In this document: one piece after another, positions 12,230-22,500 of the stretch
Numbering within the stretch: position 1 is the stretch's first letter
Layout: every line of letters begins with the position of its first letter
Assembly: GCA_001938485.1 (NCBI GenBank)
Contig: MQRK01243963.1
Location: forward strand, 73,062-137,061
Direction of reading: 5' to 3'
DNA from: Girardia tigrina
Taxonomy: Eukaryota
DNA: 64,000 nucleotides
Notes under the pieces: generated by a model
Databases searched by the model: none
Told to the model about the DNA's origin: nothing
What the model saw: the letters and a program-made list of their open reading frames with translations, nothing else
Position numbers and translations under genes: made by a program

Positions 12230-14050
12230 CTAAAATTATTGTAGTTTGTGTTGTCTTCATTCCTTGTCCAAGGGGTATCCTCCATAATAATACCATCCAT
12301 TCGTAATATACTACTCACTGCTGTAATAATCACAAGTGCCCGAATAGCCCAATCACGATTTTAATTTACCATCCTCAACATCGAACTGATTTTAAAACCT
12401 TTCCTACAATATCTTTTGAACTTCTTCATCCCAGCCCATCTAATGTTTTATGTGTGAGTCCCTAAATATATATATATAAACAACTTGCGATTGGTAAATA
12501 GCATGTCCATTCCCAAAGAATCATGTAGTTCTCCTGTGTATACATTATCCAGATCTCTTATTACAAGTTATTGGTTTCTTCTCAATTACTTATTTCTTGA
12601 ACCATCACATCGTTATCTAAACCAATTATTTTATCGGAAAGATAGGCCAAATCATTCATTTGATTAGTCCTATTTGGTCTACTCTCCCCTGAAGGTAGAC
12701 CTTATCAAATCTATTATAGTACATTTGGACCAAATTTTCGCTACTCTAGCAATCTAGCAAACTCTAACATAACTTCTTCGACAATAGCTATGAATTTCAT
12801 AGTTTGTTTCCTGAAGTCCAACACTGGCCGTACTCTTGTTGTTTTGAGTTTGACTTATTACAATCCTATTAAGTATATCATATTATGAATTCCCTTGTCT
12901 CAGTTTTCATCTAACTTTATCAAAAACCTTCTGTAATCAATGAATTCACCTCCTCTCGAAAGAACTCCTTATTTTCATTAGAAATATCATAATTGACACA
13001 TGACGCTTTTTGTTGTTCCACGCCCTAGTGTTCCAACAATTATCATCAACAGTCATTTATTACTTAAAAGTGTTTATCATCTGATCAACAGAAAAATAAC
13101 TAGCAAATTAAAAATAAATTTGCTCCAGGTATTACATGTAAGCGATAATACTGCTTGGGCAGTATTACGAGTTACAAAAGGATGTTTGAGCGACTGAAAT
13201 CAAATAGCAAATTAAGGCTGCAGTTTGGGGTCCAAACGTATTCATTCGCAACTTACCATAGCAAAGTATAAAAAGAAGTGCAAGGCTTTATAATCATTCT
13301 GTTTAATTTTTAATTTTCTTTATTTTTTAACCCCAGTTACTGCAGCAATAACTTATCATCTTGCTTCATAACTGTCCAATGTCATGCTTATCCCATGATC
13401 TTCTACCATTAACATTTATATGTCTTTGGAAAAATGGTGTTTTCCATTTTGATATCGACATCTACAAGCAATCTTTCAACCAAATTGCACTTTATTGCAC
13501 TTCTTTTTATACTTTACTATGGTAAGTTGCGAATGAATACGAGTGGATGCCAAACTGCAGCCTTAATCTGCTATTTGATTTCAGTCGCTCAAACATCCTT
13601 TTGTAACTCGTAAATCTTCTACTGCCCAAGCAGTATTATCGCTTACATGTAATACCTGGAGCAAATTTATTTTTAATTTACTAGTTATTTTTCTGTTGAT
13701 CAGATGATAAACACTTTTAAGTAATAAATGACTGTCACTTCAACAGTATGTCAAGGTTCTTCTTTCTTTGCAAAACATTCTAATACTGAGGATCATCTCC
13801 AGCATCGAATTTCTTCAGATTGTGGATACCTTTCATTTCCACGAAAGCTTACTACAAATTGCATGGAAAATATATATTAATCAGACCCCAGAATTCATTT
13901 ATTATAACCAAACAAATTATAATCATTTTATTTCATCGATTTGATTCTGAGTAATTATTGCCATAGATCCACCGACACAAAGTGCTTCACACTCATTGAT
14001 TCCAATCAGATCTGTCCATAAAGCCTAAAGTTTACTTCCACAATAATAAC
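12230..14050 (-). mobile_element. Highly degenerate RTE-like LINE RT remnants
   Basis: Minus-strand remnants resembling FIDY.KAFDKV (~12950) and GIP.G (~12275); heavily frameshifted; clade assignment tentative. Confidence 0.45.
13049..13735. repeat. Inverted duplication 13049-13283 / 13495-13735
   Basis: ~235-bp arms with a few substitutions and a small indel; 211-bp spacer. Confidence 0.95.
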
Positions 14051-15003
14051 CAGTAAAATTCAATCTTTAGTCGATTTAATCCACGACCCAAGTGTACACT
14101 AATAATAATTTTTTTATCTAATTTATCTTCTTATTTACCTTTTTTTAGAAAAAGTTCTTTTTTCAGCAAAATAGTAAAATTCACAAAATAAACTTCATTC
14201 AAAACTAAAATTAATTTCAGTTTTTTGCAATTCAACAAAAACCATTTAAAAACAATTTTTTTAAAAAAAATCAATTTTTCATTAAAGAAATTTCTTAAAA
14301 CATTAAATTTTGAATAAAAATCATAATTAATTTTACTGATCTTTTTCGTTATAAAAAATAATTCATTAAATTCTAAATCAAAAAGAAAAATTAATTTGAA
14401 AAATATATTTGTAATGAAACAATCAATCAATCTTGGACAAAAAGAGGAGGCGGAGGAGGGGGGGGTAATCTGTTATTGATTTTATACACGGACCCACATC
14501 TAGGACAAATCAATAGATTGGCTGACATTACACATTAATACGCAAAAAATACACATTAACCAACATAAAATCCAATATAAATATCTCGAATATGTATATA
14601 TTTATAATTAATTAACAGAACACCGTTACAACATTCATTTTATACTCTATCAATATTTGAAATAATAATAATTATTATTATTATTATTATAATAGAAATA
14701 ATGGAATTAATAATAGAAGTAATAATAATAATAAATAATAATGATAATAGTAATAATATAAATAAATCAGCTGTCATACACGGGCGACAACAACGACAAC
14801 AACAGAAGCAACAACAAGATGTGGTGTACAAATCTCGTCCACAAAATTGCCATGGATATAGCGACACAGATCGAGGTTCACAATTTCCTGTTCTCATGAT
14901 TTTCTGTGTAGGAAATTGTGAGCCCCAGTGTCGATTGGATTTGAAAGAGAACACAGCCCGAGACCGACAATTTGTGATGAACACCGAGTCATCGATCGGT
15001 CGC

Positions 15004-16554
15004 TCATTTGAGGCTCAGATCGATCGGTGTGTCTTGGCCCTGATTGGTCAGATAGATATCAGACATATTGTCGGTCGGCTGCCGATAAAGCGACAAACAG
15101 GTGTTCTCGCTGTATTTGAGTACGCTCGGTTCGTAAGATCTTGACGGCAAGCACGAATTACTGGTAATTATAGGGTGGTTATCAATGTTTTTATTATTAT
15201 GACATGATAATTGGTACAGTTGGTTTGAAGGGTTGTGAGAATCTAACCAGGGGGCGGCTTGTAAGGGGGGCATCATCATAGAGTGGTTATAGGAATATGA
15301 CTGTAATAAAGACTGAATGATGGATGTTACTGGGTTTGAATTGATTGGGAGAGATTGTCTGATTTCTGTTGACATGGTAACTGTTTCCGCTTGAAGACTA
15401 CCAACAAAGGAGTGGTCGGACTCAATTCCTCCTACTACGTCTACTTCTTCACAGTCATCGATGTTCACATGAAGAGGGGATTTCTGAGGAATTTGTGATT
15501 CGGTATTTGAAGATAACTGACTTTCGGCTGGGGTCTTTCTGGGCGATGTTGTAACACTGAATAAATTTTTACTGATTGACCCGGAATAGTTTTTGTCTAT
15601 AACTGCTTTATAACTGTCGACCGATCTCGGTCGACTAGGAGGTCTTAAACCAAGTATCATGTTTTCTGAGAATCGATCGATTAATTTCTGTTTCGCGTCG
15701 AATTTTAACGACATTTCGCATTGATTATCGTCAACGATTTCTTTATCAAAATCAGAATCATTGTTTGTCTCGTTGTCAATAATCCCTCCATACCTCGTGA
15801 ACCATTCCGACTCGATCGGGACTCGAATATTTATATAACGTGACGTGTCACTGTCAATGAAATCTTCGTATGGCATTTCTCTGATGGTCACGGTGAGATT
15901 TCTGATTGTCACATCTGTCACGATGGTATTCGCATGATATTTGAATCTTTCGACTAGAGGTTTGATTTCTTCATCTTTAACTGATTGCTCGGAAAGTATT
16001 TCTTTTTCGATAGATTTTTTAGACCAAGAATCGATTTGGTTTTCTAAAGACACCAAAGGACGTTCATATTGAGACCGGATGCTTTTCGATTCAATTTTTT
16101 GCTCTTCTTTATTTTCAACATTCACTTCTTTTTGACTTTCGTAAGATAATTTTTTCATTTGTTTTTCAACTGATTTTAATTTGTCTTGTTTGGATTTTTT
16201 GTGCCGCTTTTTCATTTTTGCCGAATATTCATTAATTGATAATAATTTTCGTGGTTTACGGATTCCACATTCTAAATGCTTGCTCCAAGATAACTCAGAT
16301 TTATATGTTGGGGGTTTATTATTTTTAAAGGAATTATCGTTTGATTTATTTGCACTTTCGTTGTCGGAGAAGAAGCTCGGAGAAAATTTACTGGAAAATT
16401 TCCAATCATCTTCTGTACTCTGGGACTTTCTTGTCTTTTCTATTTCTTGGTCATACAAACCATTAACGACTGGCTTTTCGGATACCTTTAAACTTGGAAC
16501 GTGAATTCTGTGTTTAAGAATTTTAAGGCATATTTTTGGTCGTGTTTCGGTTTC
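15004..16554 (-). CDS. Pc/CBX: Pc/CBX terminal exon 5 (C-box, EEVDVV, PIDLS, stop)
   Basis: Acceptor TTTCTTTAG| at 16555; phase 0 and in frame with the 484-aa ORF 15004..16458 (32 extra codons upstream); TGA at 15006-15004. Confidence 0.92.
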   Translation of the reverse strand, partial: ETETRPKICLKILKHRIHVPSLKVSEKPVVNGLYDQEIEKTRKSQSTEDDWKFSSKFSPSFFSDNESANKSNDNSFKNNKPPTYKSELSWSKHLECGIRKPRKLLSINEYSAKMKKRHKKSKQDKLKSVEKQMKKLSYESQKEVNVENKEEQKIESKSIRSQYERPLVSLENQIDSWSKKSIEKEILSEQSVKDEEIKPLVERFKYHANTIVTDVTIRNLTVTIREMPYEDFIDSDTSRYINIRVPIESEWFTRYGGIIDNETNNDSDFDKEIVDDNQCEMSLKFDAKQKLIDRFSENMILGLRPPSRPRSVDSYKAVIDKNYSGSISKNLFSVTTSPRKTPAESQLSSNTESQIPQKSPLHVNIDDCEEVDVVGGIESDHSFVGSLQAETVTMSTEIRQSLPINSNPVTSIIQSLLQSYSYNHSMMMPPLQAAPWLDSHNPSNQLYQLSCHNNKNIDNHPIITSNSCLPSRSYEPSVLKYSENTCLSLYRQPTDNMSDIYLTNQGQDTPIDLSLK

Positions 16555-19500
16555 CTAAAGAAATATAAATAATTATTAAATTTTTAATAATTATTTTTTA
16601 TACTTATAATTTAGTTATAAATGATACTCAAAATAACACTAATACAGCATATATTATTTTATATTTATGTTGATCATTCGTCTTGCTTTTAAAGAATCAA
16701 TCCTTATTTTCAAAAATATGTTCCTTTTGAACATATGTACTTAACTTTTGTATCAAAAATAGAGATCATATTCTTAAATATTTTTTATTACAAAGAAATC
16801 ATCAAAGACGTCATCATTAGCATGATGATTAAAATAGCATTTATATAAAATTAAAAATTATATAATACCTATGTAAATTGATCGATTATGTCCTGGGATC
16901 CGAAATAAACTCTATCCGAGTACAATTTAAAAGTGGTGCTTAATTTCCGGAAATTATTTGGAAAGAGTATCGAAGTTATAATAATTAGGTCATAAAATCT
17001 TAAATGTTATGTTTAAGCGATACTATTGATGAGGTTTTTTAAATGTTTTTTAAATAAAAAACAATAAATAAGTCTAAGAAAGAAATTGAAGTAACATTAT
17101 ATTTTGATAAAAAGCCTAAATATTGCTTAATTCTACCTTTTTTCTGAAGGAATTAAAAACTTTAAAAATGCATTGTTGAAAGCAACGAACAATGAATTAA
17201 ATTTGAAAATTGTACCAAGATCTCATAAAATTCAAAATATGTTCAGTAATAAAAATATTCCAACTTCAAAACTTTGTTCTGATATTGTTTATGAATATAA
17301 CTGTATATAATATAACTGTAATTGTCCGTTATCTCTGTAAACGAATTCAAGAACATGGTCGATAAAAGAGTAAGAGCAATATTGCAGAACATAAGAAAAA
17401 AAGGAAATGTGATATTAATTTTGATAATTTCAAGAATCTGAGCAAGAATTTTGTTAATTATTGGGAGAGTGTCGTGTGAAGCATTACTTAGGTTGTGTTG
17501 CCCTAAAATCAATGTTCAATCGGCAGTCTCAACCAGCTTATTGAGAATTTTTGATTAGCATGATTTGATGCAATCGATTACATAATCATTATTTTTGTAT
17601 TTATATACAGGTGAATTGATTATTAATTAGTGACCTGAAGATGACGGTAGATCCGTCGAAATATATTGTCATACAATATATTTTAAAATGAATAAATTTT
17701 GTTTTCAATAATCAAATCAAATCACAATCGCCACTTTATCTATTCTGTCGATTGATCCATCGGAATGACATTAGTAAAATTTAAATCACTCCAATGTTGT
17801 TTTCGTATTTATAATAAAAATATCAAATCAACAAAATTAAAAACCTTATGACATTAATAATGTTTAAATAATTAATAAAAAAATTAAATCAATGTAAACA
17901 TGATTTATTCTGCAATATTAACGAATTTCTTTAAATATCAATAAATATTATTCATTATAAATATTGTAAATTACGAAAATAGAATCTTCAATTTATCTTT
18001 ATTGTAATATGTTTACATTGAAAATTGTTATAATTTAGCAATTATTTTCTAAATATAATCTGAAATATAATTCTGTTCCACTAACAAAATATGAAATAAA
18101 TACTAAACGAATGGATATTAATATTTAAAATTAATTATTTTGATGAATTCAATTGTTTCTGTCCCGTGAGATTGAGAATTATTTATTTATAATTAAATTA
18201 TAAAGTTAAACAAATGTGATCGATTTTTTCCATAAATTTATATTATTTCCTGGAGTAACACTTACAAAGATTTTATAATCAAAATTAAATTTTGACAGAG
18301 TATAAATTTATAGGGATTTTATTAAAGGATAAAGTTGTCAAATGTTTTAAGATACCCTATATAAAACCAAGCAAATAATTCTTATTAATACCAGAATTAA
18401 AGCCTTTGAGCTTGTCTTCATTTTATATATTATTCCAGAGCTAAGCAACCGCTTTGGCATTGAAGATCCAATAAAAGATGAATGGCCACGGCCTTCAAGG
18501 CTGCAATTATTTTTCAAACGGTCTTCCGTTAAAATCCCAATTTTTTTAAAAACCTCTATCACTTTTAAGACCTTTTTAAAAATATAGTTGAAGTTCATTT
18601 ATATTAGGTTGTATAGTATGAAAGTTGTAGGCATGATTACAATAAATTCCAATAGTTATAATCTGACAATAACTAGCTTGATGATACTTTCTAGTTATAA
18701 ATGTGTTCACTATTTGAATAGAATCGAAAAGTGGATCAAATACGATAATCTCTAACGTTCAACAAGCTAGGTAGACAAGAGTGAAGCAGTAAAACGCAGC
18801 CCAATGTACAACATTCATCAAAAGAAGCTTATTGTGAGTGTATGGTGGTCTGCCGTCAGTGTAATCCATTATAAGTTCATTAAACCTGGTTCGTCGATCA
18901 CAGCATATGTCTACTGTAACCAATTCGATGATATGATGGGAAAACTCAAAGAAAAACAGCCGTGTTTGGTAAACAGGTTGATTCACTTCTTGCTCCATAA
19001 GACTGTAATAAAACTACAGGAATTTGAGTTTGAACTTCTGTATCATCCCTCATAATCACTAGACTTAGCCCCAACTGACTACCATTTTTCCTCAATTTGA
19101 AGAACTTTTTGAAAGGATAAAAATTCAATTCCGAAGATGCAAAAAATGGACTTCCAGGAATTTATAGATTCTCGCCGACCAAATTTTTATTTAAACGGCC
19201 TCAACAAGCTGCTGCTCAAGTGGCAAAAGTATGTGGGTAATATGAGTGAATACTCTAATGAATGACATAAATATTTATATTTGTAAATTATCAATAAACT
19301 TTCACTTTAGTTCCACAAATTTCATACTTGACGATCTAATAAAAAATTATGATTGAACGAAAAATTGATTCATTCAAGAAATAGCTTAGGTATAAAATTC
19401 ATAAGACGACAAACAAAGTTTAAAACATTTTATATTAATATTAATAGGTTATTAAATTTTATACAAAGTCAACTCAATTTCTTTACCTTGAGATTTTATA

Positions 19501-22500
19501 ATTTATAAAATTTTTTTAAAATTTTTTTCTTATTGATATTATCCAATTTTAATTAAAAGAAATTTTAACAAATTATTTCTATGACAAAATAAATTTAGAC
19601 AAGCAAAAGATGCTGCATTTGACAGAACTGTTTCTGGCGCCAGGTCAGCAAATTCCGGCACCGCAGATGCAACTTCTTCCTTTTCCTATTGTTCTCCCAA
19701 AAATGCTACAACTATGTTATTCAATAGAAAATTATTAATTAAAATGAATATTCATTCTTTATATTTTTTATAGTTTATAGAAACGCATTCTTTAGAAAAT
19801 TATCAAATAAAAATTTTAATTTTTTTGTAATTTATCAAACATAAAAGAAAGCATAAATTATAATGATATTTATTTATCAAATAATCATAAAATAATAATA
19901 TATTTCAACCGATGTTAGATATATTTATTTATATATTATAAATCAAATTAGCTAGAAGTTATATTGTCGAACTAGATCGATATTATAAATATAAATGATT
20001 AATTTATACCATTACATTATTAAAATAATAATAATTATTAATGATACTGTTATTATTATTCCTCTTTTTAAAAAATGGTTTTTTTCAGTTATCGTGTATA
20101 TTTTTAGAAATGAATTTAAATCATTTGAATTAATAAAATTAACAATTAATTAATATATTATTAATAATATATTATTATTGTAATTTTAATTTAATAAATT
20201 AATGTTTAATTTATAAAAAAAAATAATAATAAAAAAATTTATGATATAAAAGTCTTGTTTGAATGTAATTTAAAAATTAAAATTAAAATAAATCTTTTTT
20301 CTTATTAAATAAAATTAATTTTCAAATGCAAAAGAAGCAAATTAAAGAAAAAAGGTTCAAATGGAAATTTTAATATATATCAACGCGAATTTAAACTGAT
20401 TCTAGAAGCAGACATTGCGTAAGTCTACCAGAAAATCCATTTAGGATTTGTTGAGACACAAACTTCTGTAATACTTGTAATTCATTTTTTTGAAAATTTT
20501 ATCAGTTTCAAGTTAGAAATTTCACTTCTCTTATGGATGAGTGAATACATGGGAATGGAGAAATTCCGTGAATTTATTTGAAGACAAGTAAATATTTATC
20601 CAACAAATTGTTTTATTGGAGTGAATTGTACTGTAGAGCAATCCAGATGTCTTGATGGGGGTTTTTAATGGTTTTTTAATTCAGTTTTAATAAAATATGT
20701 ATTCTCTGTACCACTTACTGTATCAGAAAATGAGGAATTCAAAGATCAATTATTCATTAGAGAATTTTTTTTATTATTAAACAAAACAATTTTAGAAGGA
20801 TGACTAAATGATAACTGATTAATTTATTTGGTGTCTCAACGTTTGCCATCAAGTTCACTTCTAAGGTTAGAAGCTAACATCCAAAAACACAAATTCTTGT
20901 TAAGCAAGGTTTACAAGAAAGTCCATATATATTTGATAAGATAGATTTATTATTTCTCCATGAACTGTTCTAGAATTACCTTGAACATTTATCAAAGATC
21001 TTATCCGAAAATAAAAATTTTACAGATAAACTTATTTCCTATAATCCCTAGAACCAATTTTACATTCTCAATAAAATATAATTTTGATACAAATGACTTT
21101 TAAATCCATAAATTAAAATTATATTATTTATTATAAACGATAATAAAAAAATCAAAAAAAAATAAATAATTAATAAAAATTAAAATTTTAAAACACAAAA
21201 ACTATTATTATTGTTGTTACGGTTTTATTGTACATTTTTGTTGGTTTTGCACGCTAAACTGTCAATCGTACCTCGAGATCAAAGTACCGGATCCTTATTA
21301 TTAAAAAAGGATCATATTATACCAATAATCTATTCTATTGGTAGTTTCGGATAGTTTATATTACAGTATATATTGTAATACTTTATTTTATTTAATTATT
21401 GAAATTCTCTCATACTTTTGTGATTTATTTTGATCATTCTGTACCTTTCCAAACAGTGTTAATATTTTAGTATTATTGTTAAATTATTAAATCAAACTAT
21501 TTGAACATTTATATTTTTAAGATAAGGTTTAAAGAAGCTTATCAAACAACTTATTTCTTTGATTACCTTGCCTGAATTTTACACATATGACAACGAAATA
21601 ATTTCATATATACATAGAACACGACACTTCCAACAATTGGGTTTAAATTTCGACAGAAAAAAGTAAATTAATTGTGAAAATATTACATGTTTTGACAAGT
21701 TGTGTTGATTTAAAGTTTTAGGAGGTTATTTTAGTCGAATGCTAAATATGTTTAGGTCCGTACCCCACACTAAACAAAATTCATGTACCCGATCAGGTAA
21801 TTATATATATATATANNNNNNNNNNNNNNNNNNNNNNNNNNNNNNNNNNNNNNNNNNNNNNNNNNNNNNNNNNNNNNNNNNNNNNNNNNNNNNNNNNNNN
21901 NNNNNNNNNNNNNNNNNNNNNNNNNNNNNNNNNNNNNNNNNNNNNNNNNNNNNNNNNNNNNNNNNNNNNNNNNNNNNNNNNNNNNNNNNNNNNNNNNNNN
22001 NNACAATCAAATGATAACATTTTCTGAATATAACATACAGTAATATATTTAGTAAAGATCGATATTGAATTTATTTTTAATTGAATCTATAAAGTAATAA
22101 ATATAAATAGCAATCTAAGCGGTATTTTCACGTATTATTTTATCAATTATTCAAATAGCGCATTTAACGACGGTTGTCGATACGGTCATATTTATTATTA
22201 TTATTCTATATTCTTCACATACAATAATTATTAATATAACAAAAACACACTAAAAACAACATATAATAGAAATTGCTGCATACAATTATTGTACTTTGTG
22301 ATGATAATTTTGGCCTAATAAAATTGATTTTTATCTAGGGTTAAAAATCATTTAACAAATTAAAATTTAAAGGGTTGTGATGTAGAATGATGGAATCGGG
22401 ACACAAAATATGACCAACTCTTGAATTTAATCTTAATACAATAATTTGTACGTAGCTTGCGATATATATATATATATATATATTCTTAATTTGGTATTAA

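Noticed and set aside
5567-13735. Inverted repeats as whole-genome-amplification chimeras
   Set aside because: Arms differ by substitutions and indels, which is not expected for fresh chimeras; not fully excluded without reads
14131-14430. F/L/I/K/N-rich short ORFs here and at 28711, 44027, 60314
   Set aside because: Composition reflects AT-rich non-coding DNA; no motifs or splice support
14640-15144. ORFs 14640..14984 (-) and 14701..15144 (+)
   Set aside because: They lie in or opposite the Pc 3' UTR and are driven by (AAT)n and (CAA)n low-complexity runs
15004-16458. 484-aa ORF as a stand-alone single-exon gene
   Set aside because: Its start is TTG; the frame extends to a strong acceptor at 16555 and joins the chromodomain exons in phase
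21739-22020. ORFs spanning N runs (also 57769-58169 and 60080-60262)
   Set aside because: Artefacts of assembly gaps and (TA)n
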